DNA from: Pelagibacteraceae bacterium AG-390-M19
GTDB lineage: Bacteria; Pseudomonadota; Alphaproteobacteria; Pelagibacterales; Pelagibacteraceae
Length of the DNA: 64,000 bases
Reading direction: 5' to 3'
NCBI GenBank assembly: GCA_003279765.1
Contig: QCHC01000001.1
Span: forward strand, 9,519 to 73,518
Shown here: positions 48,451-58,004 of the stretch, piece by piece
How the letters are laid out: every line of letters starts with the position of its first letter
Numbering within the stretch: position 1 is the stretch's first letter
Translations under genes and position numbers: made by a program
The notes under the pieces: model-generated
Told to the model about the DNA's origin: nothing
Database searches by the model: none
Seen by the model: the letters and a program-made list of their open reading frames with translations, nothing else

Positions 48451-50968
48451 TCGATCTGAATTTAGTTTGATTTTTAAATATGCTTTAAAAGATTTAAGCA
48501 GAAACTATCACAAAATCTCAAGTATCATTGTTACTCTATTTATTAGCCTCTTTATATTAAGTGCTATTTTTACAATTGAGGATAGTCTTAAAAAGGAACT
48601 AAACGATAATGCTAAAGCACTTTTAGGTGGTGATTTAGAAATTGATTACAATCGTAACCAAGGAAATCTAGAATTAGTTAATCAGGTAAAAGAATTTGCA
48701 ACTGTATCTCAAATGATTGAGTTCAGTACCATGCTTTCAACAACAGGCAGAGAAAAAAACAAATCTTTATTTACAAGAATTAAAACAGTTGATGAAAAAT
48801 ACCCGTTATATGGTGAAGTAATATTTGAACCTGAAGGTGCTTATGAGCGAATGCAAAAAGAACCAAACACTATTTTAATTAATGAAAGTCTATCAAAGAC
48901 ACTTAGGATAAAAATTAATGAACAAGTTAAAGTTCAAGACCAAAACTTTACAGTTATAGGAATTATAAAATCAGTTCCTGATGTTAGTGGATTTGTTGCT
49001 TTTGGTGATTGGGCACTTGCAGGAAAACAAACATTAGAGATATTAAAACTAAACGGTATTGGAAGCTTTTTAAACTACGAATACAAAGTAAAATTTAATG
49101 AAGGAGATAACCCTGAAGAATTAGAAGAAAGAATTGAAAATATTTTTAAAGATGATCAAAAAGTAAAACTTCGTTATCCTGAAAATTCAGCAAGTGGAAT
49201 AAAGAGAATAATAAATAATTTTTCACAATTTTTATCTCTTGTTTCAATAAGTGCGATGTTAATTGCTGGAATTGGAATTGCGAATACTCTCCTTTCATTC
49301 ATTAATCAAAACAACATGTCAATTGCAGTTAGAAAAGCAGTTGGTTTTTATTCTGGGAATATAAAAACACTTTATTATCTTCAGTTATTAATATTATTAT
49401 TTGTTATTACAGTTATCTCATATGGCTCAAGTTTTTTAATAGTGCCTATTGCTGATAAGTACTTATCAGACGGTCTTGGATTAAATGTTTATCCAGTATT
49501 CTCTATTGTAAATTTTATTAAAATATTTTTAGTAGGTTTATTGGTAATTGTAATATTTTCTATCCCAACAATAAGTTCAATTGACCAGGTTAAAGCCTCT
49601 AATTTATTTAGAAATGTCTTTCAAAACTTGCAATTTTATTATTCAAAAAAGTCTATTGTTTTAAGTTTTGTTTTACTTTCTATTTTAGTTTTATTATTCA
49701 CCATTGGCTCAGAACAACCAACTTATAGCCTTGGATACTTTGCTGCATTTTTTGTATGTTTGATAGTGTTTTTCTTTCTTTCAAGAATAATTATATTTTT
49801 TCTTAAAAAATTTAAATCAAGCTCAAATATTTCTTTAAAGGTATCAATTAAAAATATCACTCAAACAAAAAGTATTACTCCAATTACTATAATGTCTTTA
49901 GGGTTAGGTGTTACTTTACTTTTAACATTGGCATTGGTTGGAACAAACTTTCAAAGAGAAATTGCTAAATCAATTCCTGATATTGCTCCTGATTATTTCT
50001 TTGTGGGAATTCAAAAAGGAGAACGTGAAAAGTTTGAGCAAGGGATATTAAAGATGGATCCTGATGCAGACATTGAAGTTGTTCCAATGGTTTCATCTGG
50101 GATTGCAAAAATTAATGGTATTAACCCAAATACTTATATTAAACCTGATAATGATAGTTATTGGGTAATTGGAAGTGAGAGAAGATCTTCATGGGCCGAA
50201 GATATTCCTAAAGATAATCCATTAGTTGCTGGAGAATGGTGGGATTTAAAAAAACCTAATCAACTTCAAATATCTTTAGACGCTAAAGTTGCAAAAGATT
50301 TTAATATTCAACTAGGAGATATTTTTACTTTAAATATATATGGAAGAAAAATTGATGGTGAAGTGGTAAACTTTAGAGAAGTTAATTATCGAGATTTAAG
50401 CATTAACTTTGCAATGCTTTTTAATCCTCAATTCGCTCAAAATATTCCTCATGAATATTTAGCAACAGCAAAATTTAATTCTGATAAATTTGATGAAACT
50501 GAAATGCTAGAAGTTATGCCTAGCTTATCAATGATCAAAATTTCTGATTATCTAACAAAGGTAACAGCTGTTCTAAATAAAGTATTCATTGCTGTTACTC
50601 TAATATCAGCTGTAACTATTGTGATTGGTTTAATTGTTATTTCAAGTGCAATTATGGTTCAAGGTAAAGTTAAAGAGTATCAAAACTTAGTGTTTAAAAT
50701 TCTAGGCTTTTCAAAAAAAGAAATAATCCTCTCATCATTAATAGAATTCATTATTATATTTAAATCAGTCATACTAATTGCAATATTCTTTGCGGTAATT
50801 GGTTCAAAATTTATTATGGAAAATATCTTTGAACTTGTGTGGATGTTTGATTTTAAAGTTTTAATATACTTAGGTTTTTCAATTGGATTTGTAACATTGA
50901 TATTGATTATGTTAACCAATTTAAAATATCTAAATCCAAAAGTTTACCCTTTAATTAGAAATCAATAA
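48434..50968 (+). CDS. ybbP: ABC permease with two FtsX domains (YbbP-like)
   Basis: LLGGDLEI, YPLYG, APDYFF; tesA-ybbA-ybbP synteny. Confidence 0.85.
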   Translation: MEKLNNRSEFSLIFKYALKDLSRNYHKISSIIVTLFISLFILSAIFTIEDSLKKELNDNAKALLGGDLEIDYNRNQGNLELVNQVKEFATVSQMIEFSTMLSTTGREKNKSLFTRIKTVDEKYPLYGEVIFEPEGAYERMQKEPNTILINESLSKTLRIKINEQVKVQDQNFTVIGIIKSVPDVSGFVAFGDWALAGKQTLEILKLNGIGSFLNYEYKVKFNEGDNPEELEERIENIFKDDQKVKLRYPENSASGIKRIINNFSQFLSLVSISAMLIAGIGIANTLLSFINQNNMSIAVRKAVGFYSGNIKTLYYLQLLILLFVITVISYGSSFLIVPIADKYLSDGLGLNVYPVFSIVNFIKIFLVGLLVIVIFSIPTISSIDQVKASNLFRNVFQNLQFYYSKKSIVLSFVLLSILVLLFTIGSEQPTYSLGYFAAFFVCLIVFFFLSRIIIFFLKKFKSSSNISLKVSIKNITQTKSITPITIMSLGLGVTLLLTLALVGTNFQREIAKSIPDIAPDYFFVGIQKGEREKFEQGILKMDPDADIEVVPMVSSGIAKINGINPNTYIKPDNDSYWVIGSERRSSWAEDIPKDNPLVAGEWWDLKKPNQLQISLDAKVAKDFNIQLGDIFTLNIYGRKIDGEVVNFREVNYRDLSINFAMLFNPQFAQNIPHEYLATAKFNSDKFDETEMLEVMPSLSMIKISDYLTKVTAVLNKVFIAVTLISAVTIVIGLIVISSAIMVQGKVKEYQNLVFKILGFSKKEIILSSLIEFIIIFKSVILIAIFFAVIGSKFIMENIFELVWMFDFKVLIYLGFSIGFVTLILIMLTNLKYLNPKVYPLIRNQ

Positions 50969-51382
50969 TTAAAATTTTGTAATTTTACTATCTAAAGCAA
51001 TTACATTTAATTCCACTTTTAGTTTTGGAAATCTTTTTTTAATTTCTTTTTTAAGTTTGTTAAATGAGTCTTGGTGTATTTTTTTTTCATTTAAGGTACT
51101 AAAGTCTTTTTTTCCATTAGCAATTTTAGCAGCACCACAATCTTTGTGATTAATAACAATTAGTTTTTCTATTTTGTGAAGTTTAATGGAAGTTGCAAGA
51201 TTATCATAAAAAGTATTATGCCATTTTTTAAATTTATTGTGCGTGACCCCTACCGCAGCACCCGCAATTGTAAAAGCACTATACTTGCCAGTTAATTTTT
51301 TTTTTTTTAAATAATTATGAACTAAATGTTGAAATCTTGGGTCCATACAAGATAACACCATTGCTTTAAATTTTGACTTCAT
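50969..51382 (-). CDS. Small beta-class carbonic anhydrase-like protein
   Basis: SCMDPR and HKDCG zinc ligands. Confidence 0.8.
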   Translation of the reverse strand: MKSKFKAMVLSCMDPRFQHLVHNYLKKKKLTGKYSAFTIAGAAVGVTHNKFKKWHNTFYDNLATSIKLHKIEKLIVINHKDCGAAKIANGKKDFSTLNEKKIHQDSFNKLKKEIKKRFPKLKVELNVIALDSKITKF

Positions 51383-51948
51383 GAATTAAACTCCACTTTG
51401 TACATTGCCTCATTCCTTCTATTCATTGGAAGGGTAAAAGGACTATCATATGTTGCTCTGATTGGTGGACTTATAATTGAAATATTATTTTTCTTTAACT
51501 CTTTTTCTAAAATTTCTTTGTGTTTTATGAAATTTCCATCTGAAGCTCGACCGGAATATCTCAGCACAGCATAATATCCTCCCACGATATTTATTATCCT
51601 TACATCTTCTCTACTGGGATTGGGAACGTTATCTAAATTAAACTTTGAAGGTAAATAAAACTGCATAGTCATATTACCATTTTTTTCTACTTGAGTAACT
51701 GGAGTAGTCATTGCTATCTTCTCTTGAGCATCATTTCTTCCAGAAATATAATTAAATAATTTTCTAAAATTACTATCTATTCCAGCTCTAGAAGTTTCAA
51801 CTGCTAAACGATCAGAATATTTTCTGATCTCATAAATTTCATTTTTTTCAACTACTTCATACTTTGCTTCTTCATTGGCCATAACAATAGAATACGGTAA
51901 AACAAAGAAAGTACAAAATAGAAGAATTAATTGTTTTTTTAAGTTCAT
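51379..51948 (-). CDS. SOUL heme-binding protein
   Basis: YEIRKY, FRKLFNYISG, IAMTTPV, MQFYLP, RRNE. Confidence 0.88.
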   Translation of the reverse strand: MNLKKQLILLFCTFFVLPYSIVMANEEAKYEVVEKNEIYEIRKYSDRLAVETSRAGIDSNFRKLFNYISGRNDAQEKIAMTTPVTQVEKNGNMTMQFYLPSKFNLDNVPNPSREDVRIINIVGGYYAVLRYSGRASDGNFIKHKEILEKELKKNNISIISPPIRATYDSPFTLPMNRRNEAMYKVEFNS

Positions 51949-51951
51949 GGA

Positions 51952-52506
51952 TTAAATGACTTTATATTCAAAATTTTGTGTTGTTTCATTAATTTGAATT
52001 AATTTAGCTCCATTTCTTTCGTGAAAATTCTTTGCCATTTCTGTTAAAGGTGAAAGGGTTACTAATCTGTTTAAATGATTAGATTTTTTAATCTTTTTAA
52101 ATACTTCTTTTACAATTAACTTTCCGCCTCCTTTTTTTTTTGACCAAACAGTATAAGCAATAGCGATTTGTCCACCTTTTTGATCTCTCATTGCACTTTG
52201 CAAAAAAGCATCAGTGCTTAATTTTTCAAGTTCATCAACACTTCTAGGGATTTCATTGGTGTAAGCAAAACACATTACAGCATGAATTTCACCTTGATAT
52301 TCAACTCCATAAATTTTTCTTCCAAAACCTGTCCTAAATTCATTATCTAATTCTGGTCGAACTGGATCTTCCTCTACATTGCATTCTTTAAGTTCAACAA
52401 GTTTAGCACCTTTTACCCAACCAAAAAAATTATCAATATTTTTACTGAGTGCTTGTCTATTTTTCCTTATTCTTGCTTTTATTCTAGGATTAAATTTTTT
52501 TTTCAT
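51952..52506 (-). CDS. Hypothetical protein resembling the malonyl-CoA decarboxylase GNAT-like catalytic domain
   Basis: AYTNEIP, AIAYTVWS, GGGKLIVKEV, LVTLSP. Confidence 0.55.
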   Translation of the reverse strand: MKKKFNPRIKARIRKNRQALSKNIDNFFGWVKGAKLVELKECNVEEDPVRPELDNEFRTGFGRKIYGVEYQGEIHAVMCFAYTNEIPRSVDELEKLSTDAFLQSAMRDQKGGQIAIAYTVWSKKKGGGKLIVKEVFKKIKKSNHLNRLVTLSPLTEMAKNFHERNGAKLIQINETTQNFEYKVI

Positions 52507-52561
52507 ATTAAAGTTTATCCTATTCTATCAACCATTCAAAAATTAAACATTTGTTAAATAA

Positions 52562-53308
52562 TCATATCAGGTAATCATATAAAAGTTTTGAACTACTTAT
52601 AAAAATTAAAAAATACAAAATATTATAAAATAATTTTTCATTAATAACTTTAATTAATCGATAACCAATTAATATACCAACAAAAGCAAGTGGAAATAAA
52701 AATACTGATTGTTTGAAAGTTACTAAATTTGTCATTGAGAGGTTAATATATAGAGGAAGTTTTATTAGATTAACAAAAGTAAAAAATATAATTCTTGTTC
52801 CAACATAAATTTCTTTTTGCATTCTTAATGGAAGCATATAAACACTTACTGGAGTTCCTCCAGCATGGACACAGAAACTTGTGAATCCAGCTATAACAGA
52901 ACAAATCCCTCCTTTAATAGAATTTTTTTGTGACTTAGCCTCTTTATCTTTTTTAAAAAAAAAATAATGACCTGCAAAAATAAATCCCATTAAACCAATC
53001 ATAAATTTTAATAATTCTTCTGAAAAATATGTGAAAGTAAAAGAAGCGATAAATATACCAACAGCAGCAAATGGAACCATTAACTTTAGGGTGCCTAAGT
53101 CATATTCCTTTCTGTATTTATAAACAGCAATAAAATCCGAAAATATTAAAATTGGTAAAATTATTCCTAATGCTTGGTTCAAAGGCATTACAATTGTCAT
53201 TAATGGAATAGAGATTAAAGTCATCGATCCACCCAAACCTGATTTTGCAATACCATATAAAATTATTGCTGGTACAACTGTAAAGAAAAATAATAAATTT
53301 ATTTCCAT
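52562..53308 (-). CDS. TauE/SafE family transporter
   Basis: GIAKSGLGG, GFTSFCVHAGGTP, NLIKLPLY. Confidence 0.85.
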   Translation of the reverse strand: MEINLLFFFTVVPAIILYGIAKSGLGGSMTLISIPLMTIVMPLNQALGIILPILIFSDFIAVYKYRKEYDLGTLKLMVPFAAVGIFIASFTFTYFSEELLKFMIGLMGFIFAGHYFFFKKDKEAKSQKNSIKGGICSVIAGFTSFCVHAGGTPVSVYMLPLRMQKEIYVGTRIIFFTFVNLIKLPLYINLSMTNLVTFKQSVFLFPLAFVGILIGYRLIKVINEKLFYNILYFLIFISSSKLLYDYLI

Positions 53309-53568
53309 TTATTTAATGAATTTAATAGTTTTGAACCTAAAGGACTAATTGGTTCTTGAAGAATTATTTCTTTTCCTGTTTTTTGTTTAACTAACTGTAA
53401 TAATTTTTTTGCTATTCCTTTTTTTCTAAAAATTGGATTAACAAAAATGTATTCAACTTCCGCTTTTTCATTAAATCTAACAAAACCAAGTGTTGTATTT
53501 TCATTTTTATAAGTAAAAACACCATCAGCTTCATCTAATTTATAAGTTGATAAATCAATAATGTTCAT
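53299..53568 (-). CDS. Minimal GNAT acetyltransferase-like protein
   Basis: IFVNPIFRKKGIAKKLL (acetyl-CoA motif A). Confidence 0.7.
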   Translation of the reverse strand: MNIIDLSTYKLDEADGVFTYKNENTTLGFVRFNEKAEVEYIFVNPIFRKKGIAKKLLQLVKQKTGKEIILQEPISPLGSKLLNSLNKWK

Positions 53569-53573
53569 AAATC

Positions 53574-53738
53574 CTAGTAATTGAGGAGCAAAAGGATAAT
53601 TGCTATTGCAGCAATTATAGAACTAACAATAATATAATTAAGCTTAATATTGAACTTTTTCTCAACAAAATCAGTTATTTTTTCCCAAAATAATACAATC
53701 AGAAAAATAATAACTGCTGGTATAATATATTTAATCAT
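53574..53738 (-). CDS. 54-aa two-TM small protein, not in the ORF track
   Basis: MIKYIIPAVIIFLIVLFWEKITDFVEKKFNIKLNYIIVSSIIAAIAIILLLLNY; fills the gap, 3 bp after the regulator stop. Confidence 0.65.
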   Translation of the reverse strand: MIKYIIPAVIIFLIVLFWEKITDFVEKKFNIKLNYIIVSSIIAAIAIILLLLNY

Positions 53739-53741
53739 AGT

Positions 53742-55175
53742 TTAAGATTTATCGTCACTAACATAAACAGAAACCCCACGACTGTTTAAGTCAACATCGA
53801 ATTTTTTATGTAGTGGTGGAAATGCTCTTTGTGAACAATCTAATCTGTCACAGGTTCTACATGAAACACCAATAGGGATTTCAGTTGATTTATCATTAAT
53901 ATTCATATTTTCAGTATAAATAAAATCTTTTGCGTATTTTGCTTCACAACCTAAACCAATAGATAATACATTTTTAGATTGACCAAATCTTCCAATCCCT
54001 TTTTCTACAGTTTTTGCAATACAAACATATTTTTCACCGTTATTCATTTTACTGACTGCTGTATGTAAAACTCCAGGTGTAGTGAATGCAGTATAAACAT
54101 TCCATTTAGGACAAGCTCCACCATATCTTGGGATATCAATTCCAGATAATGAAAATCTTTTTGAAATATTTCCAGCCATATCAACTCTTAAAAAATGAAA
54201 TGGTATACCAGGAAGTTTTGGATCTTGTAAACATGTAACTCTATGCGCTACTTGTTCAAATGAAGTTGCAAAAGTATTTTGTAGTAACTCTAAATCATAT
54301 TTTAATTTTTTACATTCAGAATGAAATAATTTATATGGCATCAAAATTGCAGCACCACAATAATTTAACAAAGCAACTTTAGTAAGTTTTTTTGACTCGT
54401 CTGATGGAAAACTAAATTTATTTAAATAATATTCAACATCTTTAATAGCACCCATTTGTGCAACTTGAGAAGCAGCGTGTAATTTTTTTGTTTCAATGGA
54501 ACTATAATCACTAAGTAATAACTCTTTCTTGCTTTTGTTATAAATTTTTGAAAATGGTTTGTTCTCATCAGGAATAACATCTTTTACAGTTATTGAATAT
54601 TCTGACTGCAAATAATCACACAAGGCTATATATCTTGTTCGATTATTTTTTTGAATTTTATTAAAAACTTTATTTGCAAACTCTTCTAGCTTAGGAAAAT
54701 AATTTTTATTTTCCTGAAAAAAATCAACAACAACTTCTCCAGGAAAAGAATTTTTTCTATTGTCTACAATTTTACCTGAAATTTTTTCAATCTTACTTAT
54801 TAATTCATGATCTTTTTTTTTTAGAATATCTCCTAGTCTTACAATTGCTTTTCCAATCTTTGGGTTTGTGCTTACTAAATCTTTTACTTCTGGACCTAAA
54901 ATATCTAAGTCTTCAAATAAACTGTCATCTAAAATTTCAGAAATCGTATTTTGAAGATTAATATCTGTCTTAAACGTAAGATCAGATAATTGGATATTTA
55001 ATTTTTCACAAACATTTAAAAGTAAATCACCATCTATTTTTCTTTTACCGCTTTCAATTAAGTTTAAATAACTAGGAGAAATGCTTAAATCTTCAGCTAA
55101 TTTGTTGGCTTGAAGTCCAAGTTGTCTTCTAAAAGCTCTTATTTTTGGCCCTATTTTAAGATCTATTTGACTCAT
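53742..55175 (-). CDS. XRE-family short-chain fatty acyl-CoA regulator (ScfR; RamB/PrpR/PccR-like)
   Basis: HTH ISPSYLNLIESGKR, SFEQVAHR, RVDMAGNISKR, GGACPKW, PIGVSCRTCDRLDCSQRAFP; divergent from aceA. Confidence 0.9.
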   Translation of the reverse strand: MSQIDLKIGPKIRAFRRQLGLQANKLAEDLSISPSYLNLIESGKRKIDGDLLLNVCEKLNIQLSDLTFKTDINLQNTISEILDDSLFEDLDILGPEVKDLVSTNPKIGKAIVRLGDILKKKDHELISKIEKISGKIVDNRKNSFPGEVVVDFFQENKNYFPKLEEFANKVFNKIQKNNRTRYIALCDYLQSEYSITVKDVIPDENKPFSKIYNKSKKELLLSDYSSIETKKLHAASQVAQMGAIKDVEYYLNKFSFPSDESKKLTKVALLNYCGAAILMPYKLFHSECKKLKYDLELLQNTFATSFEQVAHRVTCLQDPKLPGIPFHFLRVDMAGNISKRFSLSGIDIPRYGGACPKWNVYTAFTTPGVLHTAVSKMNNGEKYVCIAKTVEKGIGRFGQSKNVLSIGLGCEAKYAKDFIYTENMNINDKSTEIPIGVSCRTCDRLDCSQRAFPPLHKKFDVDLNSRGVSVYVSDDKS

Positions 55176-55182
55176 TTTACTA

Positions 55183-55273
55183 TTTGTAAATTTTGTAAAT
55201 TTATTTTTACAATATTTTTTCCTTGTTTACAAAGGTTTTTAACGTTTTTTATAGATTTTGTAAATTTTGTAAA
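55183..55273. promoter_or_regulatory. Cluster of TTTGTAAA/TTTACAAA motifs, candidate ScfR operators
   Basis: TTTGTAAATTTTGTAAA at 55183-55199 and 55257-55273; TTTACAA(A) at 55206 and 55226. Confidence 0.65.
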
Positions 55274-55286
55274 ATATATGACTCGT

Positions 55287-55448
55287 ATGGATAAAAACTT
55301 AAAAAACACAGAAAATGAGGCTCAAATCATCAAAAAAGAGGACTTAGATCACCATCATGCTAAAGGAATTTACATGAGAGATGATCATTGTGATTGGGGT
55401 TCAAGTGGAATGAGTGAACTAATCGAAACTTTAAACGATAGTAACTAA
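55287..55448 (+). CDS. Small acidic His-rich protein upstream of aceA
   Basis: MDKNLKNTENEAQIIKKEDLDHHHAKGIYMRDDHCDWGSSGMSELIETLNDSN; alternative start 55278. Confidence 0.55.
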   Translation: MDKNLKNTENEAQIIKKEDLDHHHAKGIYMRDDHCDWGSSGMSELIETLNDSN

Positions 55449-55488
55449 TTCAACTTTTTCAATTTTCTTAAAAAAAGGATTATAAATA

Positions 55489-56763
55489 ATGAGCGCAGAG
55501 AAAATCTCTTATAAGTTAAAAAGATTTGCAGGTATCAAACGAGATTATACTGATGAAGAAGTGGAGAGATTAAGAGGTTCTATTAAAATAGAATACTCAC
55601 TGTGCAAAAATCAATCAGAAAAACTTTGGAAATTATTAAACACAGAAGCTTATATAAATACACTTGGTTCTTTGTCAGGCAACCAAGCTGTACAGCATGC
55701 AAAAGCTGGGTTAAAAGCAATATATTTAAGTGGCTGGCAAGTTGCAGCGGATGCCAATACAGCTGGAGAAATGTATCCAGACCAATCCTTATATCCTTAT
55801 GACAGTGCTCCTAAATTAGTTGAGTCTATGAACAACTCTTTAATTAGAGCAGACCAAATTCAACACATGGAAATGCAAGATGGTGACATGAAAAGAGAGG
55901 AAAAAGTTGATTATATGCTTCCAATTATTGCTGATGGTGAGGCAGGCTTTGGCGGACCATTAAATGTATTTGAATTAACTAAAAAATTTATAAAAGCAGG
56001 TGCTGCAGGTGTTCATTTTGAAGACCAATTGGCTAGTGAAAAGAAATGTGGTCATATGGGTGGAAAAGTTCTAGTTCCAACTGGCACTATGGTCAAAAAC
56101 CTTAAAGCTGCAAGATTAGCTGCAGATATTGCAGAAGTTCCTTTAATTATATTAGCAAGAACAGATGCTAATGCCGCAAAACTTATTACAAATGATTTTG
56201 ATGAAAATGATAAACCATTTTTAACTGGTGAAAGATCTCCTGAAGGTTTTCATTATGTTAAAGATGGAATTAATCAAGCTATCTCTAGAGGTTTAGCTTA
56301 TGCACCGTATGCCGATTTAATCTGGTGTGAAACAGCTACTCCTAATCTAGCAGAGGCTAAGAAATTTGCAGATGCAATTCACGAGAAGTTTCCTGGAAAA
56401 CTATTAGCTTACAATTGTTCTCCCTCATTCAATTGGAAAAAACATTTAAATGATGATGAGATTGCTTCATTCCAACAAGAGATTGCTAAAATGGGATACA
56501 AATTTCAGTTTATTACACTTGCTGGATTTCATACTCAAAACATTGCAATTTTTGAGCTTGCTGAGAAATATAGAAAAGAAGGTATGGCTGCATATTCTAG
56601 AATTCAACAACAAGAATTTGCTAGAGAAAAAGATGGCTATACTAGTGTTAAACACCAAAGAGAAGTTGGTACATCTTATTTTGATGCAGTCTCAAATACT
56701 ATTAGTAGCGGCCAAAGCTCAACAACAGCAATGGCTGGATCTACTGAAGCTGAACAGTTTTAA
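55489..56763 (+). CDS. aceA: Isocitrate lyase
   Basis: [39 protein letters not shown]. Confidence 0.97.
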   Translation: MSAEKISYKLKRFAGIKRDYTDEEVERLRGSIKIEYSLCKNQSEKLWKLLNTEAYINTLGSLSGNQAVQHAKAGLKAIYLSGWQVAADANTAGEMYPDQSLYPYDSAPKLVESMNNSLIRADQIQHMEMQDGDMKREEKVDYMLPIIADGEAGFGGPLNVFELTKKFIKAGAAGVHFEDQLASEKKCGHMGGKVLVPTGTMVKNLKAARLAADIAEVPLIILARTDANAAKLITNDFDENDKPFLTGERSPEGFHYVKDGINQAISRGLAYAPYADLIWCETATPNLAEAKKFADAIHEKFPGKLLAYNCSPSFNWKKHLNDDEIASFQQEIAKMGYKFQFITLAGFHTQNIAIFELAEKYRKEGMAAYSRIQQQEFAREKDGYTSVKHQREVGTSYFDAVSNTISSGQSSTTAMAGSTEAEQF

Positions 56764-56796
56764 AAAAAAATAACTTCCCTCTCCATTTTTTTTTGA

Positions 56797-56828
56797 TAGC
56801 CCTTAATATAACTAGGGCTAGTTTTTTT
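56797..56828 (+). terminator. Intrinsic terminator of aceA
   Basis: TAGCCCT...AGGGCTA followed by GTTTTTTT. Confidence 0.75.
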
Positions 56829-56864
56829 ATTTGTAATTAATGTTAAGCCTGTTAATGCTCACAA

Positions 56865-58004
56865 ATGTCTAATAAAAACTTTGGTTTTGGAACACAAATA
56901 AGAAAATCTCCTTATTTTGATGCTACTGTAAAATGGGGAGCAACAGGTTTTTCTGTATATAATCACATGTATATTCCTAGAGATTTTGGGAGTCCTGAGC
57001 AAAACTTTTGGAACCTAATTGAAAAATCAATTCTATGTGATGTTGCGGTTGAAAGACAAGTCGAGATCACTGGTCCTGATGCATATAAATTTACTCAACT
57101 TCTAACTCCTAGAGATCTTTCAAAGTTATCTGTTGGACAATGCAAATATGTTTTAATTGTAAATAATGATGGTGGCATCTTAAATGATCCAGTTTTATTA
57201 AGACTTGGTGAAAATCATTTTTGGTTATCTTTAGCTGATAGCGATGTTTTATTATGGGCGCAAGGTGTTGCTGTTAATTCAGGTTTAGATGTTAAAATAT
57301 CTGAACCAGATGTTTCTCCCTTGCAATTACAAGGTCCTACTTCACAAGAAATAATGGCCAAACTATTTGGTCAAGATATAAGAGATCTAAAATATTATTG
57401 GCTTAGAGAGTATGAACTTGATGGAATTCCATTAATTGTTTCAAGAACTGGTTGGTCAAGTGAACTTGGTTATGAGATATTTTTAAGAGATGGTTCAAGA
57501 GGAAATGAGCTTTATGAAAAAATAATGGAAGCTGGTAAAGAACATGGTCTTCAGCCTGGTCATACATCATCTATAAGACGAATTGAAGGTGGTATGCTTT
57601 CTTATCACGCAGATGCAGATATACATACAAACCCATTTGAATTAGGATTTGATCGATTAGTTAATTTAGATACTGATATAAATTTTATAGGTAAAGAAGC
57701 GCTAAAAAAAATAAAGCAAGAGGGAATTAAAAGAAAACAAGTTGGTATTATAATAGATTGTGATCCTTTATCAGGGCCTAACACAACCTTTTGGCTGATT
57801 GAAAAAGATGGTAAGAAAATTGGTAAAGTGACTTCAGCTGTATATTCACCAAGATTAAAAAAGAATATTGCGCTTTCAATGGTTGAAGTTAATCATTCTG
57901 AGATAGGCAATCAATTAGATGTTCAAACAAACGAAGGAAAATATTCGGCCACAATAGTAGAAAAACCTTTTTACGATCCAAAAAAGAAAATAGCTAGCAG
58001 CTAA
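56865..58004 (+). CDS. GcvT-family THF-dependent aminomethyltransferase/demethylase (DmdA-related)
   Basis: VYNHMYIP, DVAVERQVEITGPDA, NDPV, LQGP, SRTGWSSELGYE, YSPR. Confidence 0.85.
   Translation: MSNKNFGFGTQIRKSPYFDATVKWGATGFSVYNHMYIPRDFGSPEQNFWNLIEKSILCDVAVERQVEITGPDAYKFTQLLTPRDLSKLSVGQCKYVLIVNNDGGILNDPVLLRLGENHFWLSLADSDVLLWAQGVAVNSGLDVKISEPDVSPLQLQGPTSQEIMAKLFGQDIRDLKYYWLREYELDGIPLIVSRTGWSSELGYEIFLRDGSRGNELYEKIMEAGKEHGLQPGHTSSIRRIEGGMLSYHADADIHTNPFELGFDRLVNLDTDINFIGKEALKKIKQEGIKRKQVGIIIDCDPLSGPNTTFWLIEKDGKKIGKVTSAVYSPRLKKNIALSMVEVNHSEIGNQLDVQTNEGKYSATIVEKPFYDPKKKIASS

Noticed and set aside
55110-55277. N-terminal extension of the ORF upstream of aceA (112 aa in the track)
   Set aside because: Runs through the regulator start and the operator array; only the part from ATG 55278/55287 is plausible.
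56865-58004. Calling this gene dmdA or gcvT
   Set aside because: Motifs differ from recalled DmdA and no gcvH/gcvP is adjacent; left as a family-level call.
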